From NCBI GenBank assembly GCA_040218735.1, contig JAVJQW010000057.1, forward strand, positions 96,001 through 160,000: a stretch of DNA of 64,000 nucleotides. Reading direction: 5' to 3'. This document shows positions 26,877-35,789 of this stretch, piece by piece. Below the pieces are notes generated by a model. That model saw only the letters and a list, made by a program, of their open reading frames with translations. It was not told where the DNA came from and searched no databases. Origin of the DNA: Deltaproteobacteria bacterium. GTDB taxonomy: Bacteria; Myxococcota; Kuafuiibacteriia; Kuafuiibacteriales; Kuafuiibacteriaceae. Made by a program: the position numbers and the translations under genes. Position 1 is the stretch's first letter, and each line of letters opens with the position of its first letter.

Positions 26877-27902
26877 ATGGGTGTGTCCGCACTCGTGCTC
26901 GTCGTGGGGCAGCTCGCCGTCGCGCAGCCGGAGCTCGTCGTTCTCCCGCCCTCGACCGAGGGGGCCAAAGCCTCGGACGGCCTCGCCGCGTGGAAGGTCA
27001 TCACCGGTCAGCTCGAGCGCGCCAAGGGGCGGCTGGGGGTGTCCACGAAGGTGCAGAAGACGCAGCACGACTTCCTCGTCGGCCCCGCGCGCGAGCAAGC
27101 GCGCGACTGCGCGATGAAGGTCGGGTGCCTGGCCGACGTCGGGAGCACCCTCGGCGCCGACATCCTGGTCGCGGGTCGGATCGAAAAGACGCAGATCGTC
27201 CTGACCGCGATCGACATCGCGGAGCGCTCGCGCGTCGGGGAGGTCCGGTCGCGCAAGAACCTGGCGAAGCGCGGGCTCAAACGCCGCGCGCGCGACGTCG
27301 CGCAGCGGCTGCGGCGCCTGCTGAAGACCGCGAAGAAGAAGGCGCCGCCCGCGGTCGCCGAGGCCCCGCCGCCGAGCGACACCCCGCCGACCGCCGGTGG
27401 TCCACCGCCCACCGACGCCGCCAGCGACGGTGCGATGGGCGCCAAGCTCGACGACCCGCCGCCGCCCCCCGCCGGCTCCGCGCTCGCGCTGGGCTCGGTG
27501 ACGATCCCCGCGGATCAACTGCGCGGCGTGAGCCAGGTGACGATCGACGGCGAGGTCGTCGCGTTCGCGGGCTCGGGCGCGATGACCTGGACGGGCGCGC
27601 CCGGCGAGCACACCCTCGTCGCGCAGCGGATCGACGGCCAGTCCGTGACGCGGTCCGTGCGCGTGAACCCGAACGACGCCACGCAGGTGACGCTCGACTT
27701 CCCGGCGGTCGCACCGGCGCCCGCCACCTCGGCGACGACGCGCGTGGAGCCGGCGACCCCCGTCACTTCGAAGTGGTGGTTCTGGACGTCGATCGGCGTG
27801 GCGGTGCTCGCCGGTACCGGCACCGCCGTCCTCCTGATCGGTGGTGACAAGGGCGGCCCGGCCCTGCCGCCGGTCAACGGGTCCATCACGGGGTCCTACT
27901 GA
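26877..27902 (+). CDS. Secreted PEGA-like domain protein
   Basis: Signal-like N-terminus; C...C.A.VG.TLGAD domain; Pro-rich linker; VTIDG...PGEHTL (PEGA-like); C-terminal KWWFWT hydrophobic tail. Confidence 0.7.
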   Translation: MGVSALVLVVGQLAVAQPELVVLPPSTEGAKASDGLAAWKVITGQLERAKGRLGVSTKVQKTQHDFLVGPAREQARDCAMKVGCLADVGSTLGADILVAGRIEKTQIVLTAIDIAERSRVGEVRSRKNLAKRGLKRRARDVAQRLRRLLKTAKKKAPPAVAEAPPPSDTPPTAGGPPPTDAASDGAMGAKLDDPPPPPAGSALALGSVTIPADQLRGVSQVTIDGEVVAFAGSGAMTWTGAPGEHTLVAQRIDGQSVTRSVRVNPNDATQVTLDFPAVAPAPATSATTRVEPATPVTSKWWFWTSIGVAVLAGTGTAVLLIGGDKGGPALPPVNGSITGSY

Positions 27903-30445
27903 TGCGCCGTTTCAGCCCACTGCTCGCCCTGCTCGCCCTCGCCTGCAGCGATCCCGGCACCGGCGGCCTCACGGCCCGGCTGGTCATCGACTACGACGGC
28001 GTCGGCCTGAAGCGCTCCGCGCTCCGCACCGCGGCGGTGCCGACGTTCATCGACCGTCTGCAGATCCTCGCGCTCGCCAACGGCTCAACCCTCGCGGAGA
28101 CCAACCTCTGGGCGAACGCGGGTGAAGGCCAACTCGAGCTGGTGCACGAAGGCGGCACCTGGCAGCTCGACAAGGTCCGCGCCGGCACGAACCGCACGAT
28201 ACGCGCCCGCGCGTTCCTCGGCCCGAACGGCAACCCGGACATCGATCGCGCGCTGGTCTTCGAAGGTTTCAAGGACGGCATCACCGTCACCGTCGGCCAG
28301 ACCTCGGACGCGGGTGAGGTGCGCCTCCTCCCCGCCGGACCTCGCATCCCGGAGGCGGACGAGACCCCGCCCGACGCCGTCGGCAACCTCTCCGCCCTCC
28401 CCGCGCCGTCGGGGCAGGCGCTGCAGGTGTCGTTCAGCGCGCCGGTGGCGGAGGACGCCGCGGGTTACTTCCTCGCGATCGGCACGTCGACCGCCGCGCG
28501 ATCCCCGCCGACGTTCGAGCGCGGCGAGGCGGTCTCCCTCGGCGACGAGATCGCCCCCGGCCTCGTCGTGACGAACACCTGGGCGATCGACGGCCCCGAG
28601 TTGGTGGTCGTGAACGGGCTCGACGACGGCGTGCAGTACAGCATCGTCGTCTACGCGTACGACGTGGATCGCGCGGGCCTGCCGCTGAACTACTCGCTGC
28701 CGGCGACGGCCGTCGGGACCCCGGCCGACTCCCTCGCGCCGTCCGCTCCGCTGAACCTCCAGGTGATGCCGGGCGGGACCGCCGCGACGATCGGGTTCCT
28801 CGCGCCGGGCGAGGACGACACCGCCGGCACGCCGGCGCGCTACGAGATTCGCACGGCGGCGGACGCGGCCACGGTGATGAACCAGTTCGACAACCTCCCG
28901 GCAATCGCCGCCCCGCCGGTTCAGGCGCCGACCAGCTCGGTGTCCTTCACGCGGACCTACGCCCAGCTGGGTTTCGACGCGAACGAAACGTTCTTCGTCG
29001 GCGTCCGCGCCGTCGACGCGGCCGGCAACGAGGGGCCGATCGCGACGGCGCAGCACAACCTGGACGTCCCGCTCCCGCCGATGATCACCGCGCTGGTGCC
29101 GACCATCGCGATCGCCGGTCTGGAGGTGCAGGTCGACGGGACGAGCTTCGGTACGCAGACCGGAACGGTGACGTTGACCGCGACGGAGACGTCCACGTTT
29201 GTGTTCACGCTGTTCGTTTCGCAGTGGTCGAACAACACGGTCTCGGTGGCGCTCCCGGCGGACGCGCGGAGCGGCATCCTCTCGCTCACGCGACCGGACG
29301 GCGAGAACACCAGCGCGTACCTCACGGTGCTGCAGCGGGTGGACGCACTGATCGACGACCACGAGTTCCCGTTCGAGATGATGGGGACCGGCACGACGAA
29401 CGACCAGTCGATCGCGGCGCTCTACCGCGAGGGCAACGACTTCTCGCCGTACGAGTCCGCGATCGAGCGGCTCTACGACGACACCAACGAGGGGATGGCG
29501 TTCGTCCCGTTCAACCAGCCGTCACGCTCGACGGCGGTCGGCGGGACGTACTCCCCGGGTTACGACCTGTTCATGTTCGTCGCGTCGAACGATCCGCTGT
29601 CCATGTCGACGTCGTTCGTCACCAGCTCGACGGTCGCGCCGAACCCGCAGCGTCAGGTCGCGGGCGTCGCGGCGGGAGACGCGGACGGCGTGTCGGTGGT
29701 GTTCCTGGACGGCGGCGTCGGCGGAAACGCGCCGGCGATGGTTGCGTTCACGCGGCTCGGCACCTTGCGCACCGCGACCGTCGCGGACGCGGTCACGCAG
29801 CCCTTCAACCAGTTCTACGCGTTCACCTCGACGAGCTCCGGGTACGAGAACGTGAAGATGGCGCGGTCCAACACCGGCGAGATCCTCATGGCGCACCGGA
29901 CCGTGACGGGCACCGTGTCGGAGCTGGAGCTGCGCTACAACACGATGGGTCAGCCGGACACGTTTGCGTTGGTGGACGGCGCGCTGAAGCCGCGCGTGGG
30001 CGAAAACTTCGAGGTCATCGCGATGCCGCAGATCCTCGGCGGCCCCGAGGTCTTCGTGATCGCGTACGAGGAGATCACCGAAACGGGCACCGACGTCCGC
30101 CTCCTGCGCTTCGCCGAGTACGGGCAACGCCTCGGTTACGCGCCGTTCGCGCCGATCAACGGCGACCGTCGGCTCGACGATCTCGGGCTCGTGGTGCGCA
30201 ACGGGCAGGTGTGGATCACCGTCGTGGCGACGCGCGTGAACGGGACCGCCGAGCTGTCGTACGTCGAGCTCCCGGCGACGGGCCTCACCACGCCCGACGA
30301 CACGCCGGGGATGTGGCCGGGTGTCGTGCTCGACAGCGCGCCCGACGACAGCCGCGCGCGGCTCGGCTGCAAGCCGTTCGTTCAGCGCGCGTGCCCGATC
30401 GCGTGGCTCGGCGACGACACCCGCGTGTTCTTCATCCGCCGCTGA
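27902..30445 (+). CDS. Large lipoprotein with FN3-like and IPT/TIG-like domains
   Basis: Lipobox LALAC; TGATG coupling; DETPP/DSLAPSAP FN3-like starts, VRAVDAAGN; PPMITALVP...GTSFG...WSNNTV (IPT-like). Confidence 0.8.
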   Translation: MRRFSPLLALLALACSDPGTGGLTARLVIDYDGVGLKRSALRTAAVPTFIDRLQILALANGSTLAETNLWANAGEGQLELVHEGGTWQLDKVRAGTNRTIRARAFLGPNGNPDIDRALVFEGFKDGITVTVGQTSDAGEVRLLPAGPRIPEADETPPDAVGNLSALPAPSGQALQVSFSAPVAEDAAGYFLAIGTSTAARSPPTFERGEAVSLGDEIAPGLVVTNTWAIDGPELVVVNGLDDGVQYSIVVYAYDVDRAGLPLNYSLPATAVGTPADSLAPSAPLNLQVMPGGTAATIGFLAPGEDDTAGTPARYEIRTAADAATVMNQFDNLPAIAAPPVQAPTSSVSFTRTYAQLGFDANETFFVGVRAVDAAGNEGPIATAQHNLDVPLPPMITALVPTIAIAGLEVQVDGTSFGTQTGTVTLTATETSTFVFTLFVSQWSNNTVSVALPADARSGILSLTRPDGENTSAYLTVLQRVDALIDDHEFPFEMMGTGTTNDQSIAALYREGNDFSPYESAIERLYDDTNEGMAFVPFNQPSRSTAVGGTYSPGYDLFMFVASNDPLSMSTSFVTSSTVAPNPQRQVAGVAAGDADGVSVVFLDGGVGGNAPAMVAFTRLGTLRTATVADAVTQPFNQFYAFTSTSSGYENVKMARSNTGEILMAHRTVTGTVSELELRYNTMGQPDTFALVDGALKPRVGENFEVIAMPQILGGPEVFVIAYEEITETGTDVRLLRFAEYGQRLGYAPFAPINGDRRLDDLGLVVRNGQVWITVVATRVNGTAELSYVELPATGLTTPDDTPGMWPGVVLDSAPDDSRARLGCKPFVQRACPIAWLGDDTRVFFIRR

Positions 30446-31229
30446 TCCGGCAGACCGTTCCACTCGGTAGAATCAACTCGTTCGCTGCGGCGTCGTGCAA
30501 TGCGCCCCGACGTGACGCCTCACCGACGAAGCGCGCGCGGCGGGCCTTCGATTCGAAGACGATCGTGCCGCGCTTCTTTCCGCTCGTGCGCGTGAGCGTG
30601 AGCGCCTTCGGAAGCACGGAAGCCGACGCCGAATCGACGAGCAGCCTAAGGTCGCCCTGCGCGTGGGCCGCGCGGCGATCGAGATCGGCGAGGATGGCCT
30701 GCTTCATCGACACCCGCTCGAGGCGTTGGACGCGGGCCGGGTCGTAACCCTTCGCGGCGAGCTTCGTGAGCGCCTCCTTCACACGCGGGGTCTCGGTCGA
30801 CGAACGCTGGAGCGTCCCGGGATCGAAGCTGTAACCGACGACGTCGATCGCCACGACGCCCTCCTCCCGACGGAGCGCTTCGAACACCCAAGGTCGCCGC
30901 ACCTTCGTGAGCCGGGCGACGAAGCGCGCGACCTCGTCCTCGCCGCCGGGGAACGTCGCGGTGACGGGCTCGGTCTTCACGACCCCGTTGTGCTCGGGCG
31001 CCTTCGTCCGTGAGAGCTGCGCGAGCTCGAACGGCGCGAGCGCCGCCGCGACCGTGGACGAAAACGCGACGTCGGGCCCCGGGAGGCGCGCCTCGATGTC
31101 GTCGGCGACCTTCTCGAGCTGCGGCAAGCGCTCGAGGACGACGAGGCGTCGGTGCTCGGTGTCGTCGGGCGCGTCGGCCTTGCAGCCGCCGAGCATCACC
31201 AGCGCGAGGATGATCAGGGGAAGGGGCAT
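30432..31229 (-). CDS. Hypothetical lipoprotein
   Basis: MPLPLIILALVMLGG-C lipobox at ATG 31229; overlaps the end of the upstream lipoprotein gene. Confidence 0.65.
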   Translation of the reverse strand: MPLPLIILALVMLGGCKADAPDDTEHRRLVVLERLPQLEKVADDIEARLPGPDVAFSSTVAAALAPFELAQLSRTKAPEHNGVVKTEPVTATFPGGEDEVARFVARLTKVRRPWVFEALRREEGVVAIDVVGYSFDPGTLQRSSTETPRVKEALTKLAAKGYDPARVQRLERVSMKQAILADLDRRAAHAQGDLRLLVDSASASVLPKALTLTRTSGKKRGTIVFESKARRARFVGEASRRGALHDAAANELILPSGTVCRISGG

Positions 31230-31648
31230 CGAACCCGCACCCCCTCGGTCGGGCTCGCGTTGCAGGACACGTCTGCGATCTGCGCACCGCACGGGGACTC
31301 GAGGATGACACACGGGCAACTCGTGCAGTTGGCGGGCAGGTCCACGCACGCGCGCGCGAGCGGCGCGGTGCACCCCTCGACGGCTTGGTCGCGGCACGCC
31401 TCCTCCTGCGCGCCGCACGTGCCGCCGTCGCGGGCTTCACACGGCGCGGACGGTGTCTCGCGGCAGTATTCGAGCGGGTGGATGCATGTCGCGTCACCGC
31501 ACGTCACGGCGACGACGCCGCCGTCGCGCCCTCCGTCCCGAACCGCGGCTTCGCCAGCATCACGCGGGGTGGTGTCCTCGTCATCGTCGCCGCCGCCGGA
31601 GCAGGCGACGGAGGACAGGGCGAGCGCGAGAGCGAGGAGCCACTTCAA
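31214..31648 (-). CDS. Cys-rich lipoprotein
   Basis: TTG start; lipobox SVAC; RDAG/RDGG linker; many Cys residues. Confidence 0.75.
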   Translation of the reverse strand: MKWLLALALALSSVACSGGGDDDEDTTPRDAGEAAVRDGGRDGGVVAVTCGDATCIHPLEYCRETPSAPCEARDGGTCGAQEEACRDQAVEGCTAPLARACVDLPANCTSCPCVILESPCGAQIADVSCNASPTEGVRVRCPFP

Positions 31649-31665
31649 AGCGGGCGCATTTTGCC

Positions 31666-32814
31666 ATGGCTCGTCAGGTTTGGCATGACGGGGTCGTGCC
31701 GCTGCTCGAGTCCTCTCACCTCGAAGAGATCCGCGCCGCGCTCGCGGACCGCATCCGCGACGGGCTGAAGGCGGACGGGCGCGAGATCAAGGCGCTCGAT
31801 GCGCAGCTCGCTCCCCCCCGAGTGCGGGACGGGCGCGCGCTCGTCGTCGACATCGGCGGCACGAACATGCGCGCGGCGGTCGTGTCGATCGTCGCCGGTC
31901 GCCCCACGGTCGAACGCGGCCCGTACAACCAACGGCTCGATCTCCGCGAAGGCGGGACGACGCCAGCCCAGTTCTTCGCGGAACAGGCGAAGCTCGCGAA
32001 GTCACTCGACCCCGAGCCCGGCCTCCCCGTCGGCTACTGCTTCTCGTACCCGTCCGAGGTGCTTCCATCGTTGGACGCGCGCCTCATCCGGTGGACCAAA
32101 GGCATCGACGTCCCGGGCGTCGAAGGCATGCTCGTCGGCTCCGGTCTCGCGGACGCGCTGCGCGACGAAGGGCTCGAACCGCCGTGTGTTCACGTCCTCA
32201 ACGACACGGTCGCGAGCATGCTCGGCGGCGCGTTGGTCCACGACGGCGCGCCGGAGGACGTCATCGGGCTCATCGCGGGTACCGGCTCCAACATGGCGGC
32301 CTTCTTCGACGGACGCGCGCACGAAAAACTCGCGGGCCACGACGACTTCGTCGCGATCAACCTCGAGTCCGGAAACTTCGACTGCCCGCACCTGACCGAG
32401 GCCGACGCGATCGTCGACCGGGAGAGCAACAACCCCGGCGCCCAGCGGTTCGAAAAGGCGATCTCCGGCTTCTACATGCCGTTCATCTACAAGGCGATGA
32501 CCGGTGATACGTACTTCGATCCCCTCGAAGGCTCCGCGCAGCTCGTGAAGAAACGCGAGGGAGGCGACGAGGTCGCCGCCGCGCTCCTCGAACGCGCCGC
32601 GCTCCTGATCGCCACCGGCCTCGCCGCCGTCGCCGACGCCCGCGGCGGCGAACGCCCCGTCGCCGTCATCGCCGAGGGCAGCCTGTTCTGGCGGACACCC
32701 GGCTTCCACCAGGCGGTGTACGGCGAGCTCGATCGCCTGGTCGATCGCGCCGCGTCGATCCGATCCCTCGAACACGCCAACCTCATCGGCTCGGCGTGCG
32801 CCGCCCTCGCCTAG
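31666..32814 (+). CDS. Hexokinase (eukaryote/Bacteroides-type family)
   Basis: DIGGTNMR, GYCFSYP, RWTKG, NDTVA, GLIAGTGSN, INLESGNF, FEKAISG and EGSL motifs. Start may be GTG 31696. Confidence 0.88.
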   Translation: MARQVWHDGVVPLLESSHLEEIRAALADRIRDGLKADGREIKALDAQLAPPRVRDGRALVVDIGGTNMRAAVVSIVAGRPTVERGPYNQRLDLREGGTTPAQFFAEQAKLAKSLDPEPGLPVGYCFSYPSEVLPSLDARLIRWTKGIDVPGVEGMLVGSGLADALRDEGLEPPCVHVLNDTVASMLGGALVHDGAPEDVIGLIAGTGSNMAAFFDGRAHEKLAGHDDFVAINLESGNFDCPHLTEADAIVDRESNNPGAQRFEKAISGFYMPFIYKAMTGDTYFDPLEGSAQLVKKREGGDEVAAALLERAALLIATGLAAVADARGGERPVAVIAEGSLFWRTPGFHQAVYGELDRLVDRAASIRSLEHANLIGSACAALA

Positions 32815-32824
32815 CTTCGAAGAT

Positions 32825-34279
32825 TCACCGCGCCCGGATGGCGTCGCAGTCGAACACCGGCCGGCCGTTCGGGTTCCTGTACGGTGACGCGCACTGACCG
32901 AGGAGCGCGCCGATGTAGCGCCAGAAGACTCCGTCCGCGTTGGGGTTGAAGGGGTACTCGCCGTCCGGGGTGTCGGGCGAGAAGACGTCGTACGCGAGCC
33001 GATGTTCTTCGGTCAGGTAGCCGCGCCAGGCCTTCTCGATCTGGCCGTGGAGGAAGCGGACCTCACGGGACGTCAGCGGCACGCCGACGTTCGCCGCCAT
33101 GATGACGAGCTCGGCGAGGTCCTTGTCGTGCAGCTTCTCCGGGTACTCACCGGCCTCTCGCGCGTCGAAGATGGTGTCGAGACGCCAGATGAGGCCTTCG
33201 ACCAACGTGTCCCCGAGCGCGACGTGTTCGCCGCGGTACGCGAGCGCGGTCGCCGCCTGGTGGAAGCTGCGCTCGATCTGGTGGAAGTCCTTCTTGAGCG
33301 CCCAGACCTCCGAGAGCTCGGAGATGCCAGTGCCACACGCCACAGTGCCGGGGTCGTCGTGGCCGAACAGGCGCGTGGCGAGCATCGCCGTGCACTCGAC
33401 GTCGAACAGCTGAATGTACGCCGCGAGCTGCTCCATCGGGTGATACGTCTCCCAGTCCTCGTCGACGGTCGCGATCCGCCAGTCGTCAGCCTCCACGCGA
33501 CGTGCCCACTGCCCGTAGCGCCTGTGCATGAGCTCCAGATCCTCGGCGAGGTCGGCGGCGGGTGTCTGCGTGCACGCAGGCAGATACGCCATCGCCTGGA
33601 GCATGTGTCCGACGTCGTCCTTCGATCGCTTGTTCTTGATCCAGATGTCGCCCCAGTGCGGGTTGTCGGGGTTGTGAACGTAGATCGTCGGAGGCTGCTC
33701 GAGCTCCCCTTGGAAGTACTCCCCCGGGAGGTTCTCGCTGTAGTCGATCAGAACCTCCACGCCATCGTCCGTCGACAAGACCGGTTCCACGTAGTGAACG
33801 CGCGCGAGCAACGCGTGGTCGCGGCTGTCACCCCGATCCATCGCCATCGACCAGCTGTTGAAGCCGCGGACGAGCTCCCGGAGCAACGCCTCCTGCCCGC
33901 CCCACAGGTTCTGCGCGAAGCACGTCCCCGCGAGGAGCGGCGCGGTCCTCAGCGCGTTGTTGTCGGAGCCCTTGGACTGATGGAAGAACCGAACGCGCCC
34001 GTCCTCCTTGAAGACGGTGACGCCGTTCCACCAGGTCCCGTACCAGTAGCGCCCCTCCGGATCGTTCCGCGGAACACCGTGGGTTCGCTCGGCGGTCACC
34101 CGGAAGTAGTCGGTGCCCGCCAGCAGCTCCAGGTACCGGTCCGTCGCCGTGGTGATCTCTTCCGAGGACACCGCTTCGCCGTGGTCGGCGCGTTCGAGAT
34201 AGACGCGGGTCGGTTCCGACGGCGAACCACACGCGGCAACCAACCCCGCGACGACCAGCGCGCTCGAGGACAAACGCAC
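32825..34279 (-). CDS. Hypothetical lipoprotein, 484 aa
   Basis: Lipobox VAAC; aromatic/acidic-rich, enzyme-like body (WYGTWWNG, SDNN, KDDVGH). Confidence 0.75.
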   Translation of the reverse strand: MRLSSSALVVAGLVAACGSPSEPTRVYLERADHGEAVSSEEITTATDRYLELLAGTDYFRVTAERTHGVPRNDPEGRYWYGTWWNGVTVFKEDGRVRFFHQSKGSDNNALRTAPLLAGTCFAQNLWGGQEALLRELVRGFNSWSMAMDRGDSRDHALLARVHYVEPVLSTDDGVEVLIDYSENLPGEYFQGELEQPPTIYVHNPDNPHWGDIWIKNKRSKDDVGHMLQAMAYLPACTQTPAADLAEDLELMHRRYGQWARRVEADDWRIATVDEDWETYHPMEQLAAYIQLFDVECTAMLATRLFGHDDPGTVACGTGISELSEVWALKKDFHQIERSFHQAATALAYRGEHVALGDTLVEGLIWRLDTIFDAREAGEYPEKLHDKDLAELVIMAANVGVPLTSREVRFLHGQIEKAWRGYLTEEHRLAYDVFSPDTPDGEYPFNPNADGVFWRYIGALLGQCASPYRNPNGRPVFDCDAIRAR

Positions 34280-34282
34280 TTC

Positions 34283-34708
34283 TCAGCTCAACTTCCGCGG
34301 CACGGTCGCCACCAGCGCGTGGGCCGAGAGTGAACCGGCCTGCGTCACCGCGCCGAAACGCGGGGCGCTCCGGGTCGGCGTCGAGAACCCGAGGCGACGG
34401 TGCGTCGAGCGCTGCGTCTCGGCACGTGATGCGTCGGCCGCACGGTTCCGCGCTGCGAGCCGCGGAGCCGCCGTGCTCGCGACGTCGGCGATCTGCGATG
34501 CCGCGCCGAGCTCGCCGGCATCCACCAACCACTTCACGAGGCACGCGAGGGCGTAGGCTTCACGTTGCAGCGTGTCGTCGTCGGTCGCGTCAAGCGCGTC
34601 GATCAGCCGCTCCGTCGTCGACGCGTGCAGCCGAAGTGGCGCTCCGTCGAGCCCCGCGAGAGCCTGGCGCGTCAGGGGAGTCAGGTCGGACATGTTCGCT
34701 TGCGACAT
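34283..34708 (-). CDS. Hypothetical protein
   Basis: ATG 34708 (MSQANMSDLTPLTRQ...) lies 4 nt after the stop of the preceding small ORF; helical composition. Confidence 0.6.
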   Translation of the reverse strand: MSQANMSDLTPLTRQALAGLDGAPLRLHASTTERLIDALDATDDDTLQREAYALACLVKWLVDAGELGAASQIADVASTAAPRLAARNRAADASRAETQRSTHRRLGFSTPTRSAPRFGAVTQAGSLSAHALVATVPRKLS

Positions 34709-34712
34709 CGAA

Positions 34713-34955
34713 TCAGCGCCCCGCCCGGAAGGAGGCGCCCATGCCGCCGAAGGCCGTGCCAAGCTCGTCGAGCAGCGCCTCGAACGCCGGCGATCCGGCG
34801 GGGAGCTGCTGAAGCGTCGAACGGAGCTCCGCCGCGTTGGCGGGCTTGGGGATCCCGTGCTGCGCGAGGATCTCCCCAGCGCGGTTCGAGAGGGCGGATC
34901 GATCGGTGGCGGTCGCCTGAGGCGTGGGGGTGTTGTCGACGTTGGTGATGGACAT
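34713..34955 (-). CDS. Hypothetical 80-aa protein
   Basis: ATG directly downstream of a near-consensus sigma54 promoter; polar S/T/N/P-rich N-terminus. Confidence 0.6.
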   Translation of the reverse strand: MSITNVDNTPTPQATATDRSALSNRAGEILAQHGIPKPANAAELRSTLQQLPAGSPAFEALLDELGTAFGGMGASFRAGR

Positions 34956-34967
34956 GCCGCTTCCCTG

Positions 34968-34983
34968 AGCAGGGCGCGTGCCA
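34968..34983 (-). promoter_or_regulatory. Putative sigma54 (-24/-12) promoter
   Basis: Minus strand reads TGGCACGCGCCCTGCT, against the consensus TGGCACG-N4-TTGCW. Confidence 0.7.
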
Positions 34984-35041
34984 GCGCAGCGGTGCGTGCG
35001 CGTGGGGGCGGCTGAATCCCGCCGGGGTTCGATCGCAGGGT

Positions 35042-35068
35042 TCGGTGGACCCTCGGAGGGTCCACCGA
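35042..35068. repeat. Perfect 12-bp inverted repeat (terminator hairpin or activator site)
   Basis: TCGGTGGACCCT-CGG-AGGGTCCACCGA. Confidence 0.7.
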
Positions 35069-35073
35069 CGCCG

Positions 35074-35736
35074 TCAGGCGCCGAGGATCGCGGTGATGAT
35101 CGCGGCGACCGCGGACAACCCGGAGACGCCGATCAGCACGAACGACACGTTGCGCCTCGTCGAAACGCTCGGGTCCGGCGGAGCGATCAGCGGGGAGACA
35201 TCCCGCCGCGACGCGTCGATGAAGACCGCCGACGCCGTCGCCGCGGCCGCCACGCTGAGGCCCGACAACACCAGGCTCGCGACGCCGCAGCGGCCACACT
35301 CGGGCTCAGCCGGCGCCAGGATCGGAGGCGCCAGCGCCACCGACGACGTTCGGATCTCGGGCACGAAGAGCTCCCGCACCATCGACCGAAGCTCCGTCTT
35401 CGTGTCCTCGGCCGACACGGGACGCGAGACCTCCGCGACGACGCGGCCGTTTTCGATGCGGGCCGCGACCACGAATAGCCGCGTCGGACCGCGATGCACC
35501 TGGACCATGAGGAGCCGCGCGCAACCCAACGCGTCATGGAGATCGCGCAGGCACTGTTCGTTGCGGGCACACTTCGCCTCGCCCTCGCGGACTCGGACGT
35601 CCGTCCCGGTCACGTCCTCCAGCGCCGACGCGATCTGACTTCGGACCCGAATCAAGGCACCGCGCTCGACCTGGCTCGACGCCTCGATCTGCAGCCCGAC
35701 TGCGGCAGCGATCAGTCCAAGGACAGCGACTTGCAT
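35074..35736 (-). CDS. Hypothetical secreted/membrane protein
   Basis: ATG 35736 (MQVAVLGLIAAAVG...); C...C.....LG domain and two C-terminal hydrophobic segments, like the proteins at 26877 and 63107. Confidence 0.6.
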   Translation of the reverse strand: MQVAVLGLIAAAVGLQIEASSQVERGALIRVRSQIASALEDVTGTDVRVREGEAKCARNEQCLRDLHDALGCARLLMVQVHRGPTRLFVVAARIENGRVVAEVSRPVSAEDTKTELRSMVRELFVPEIRTSSVALAPPILAPAEPECGRCGVASLVLSGLSVAAAATASAVFIDASRRDVSPLIAPPDPSVSTRRNVSFVLIGVSGLSAVAAIITAILGA

Positions 35737-35789
35737 GAGGAACCCGCGGAATGTCACCCTGCGTGAGGCCCGTGAGCAAGTGTCGTCCG

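Noticed and set aside
35004-35040. GGGGTTCGATC, a tRNA T-loop-like sequence
   Set aside because: No T-stem, acceptor stem, anticodon arm or CCA could be built around it.
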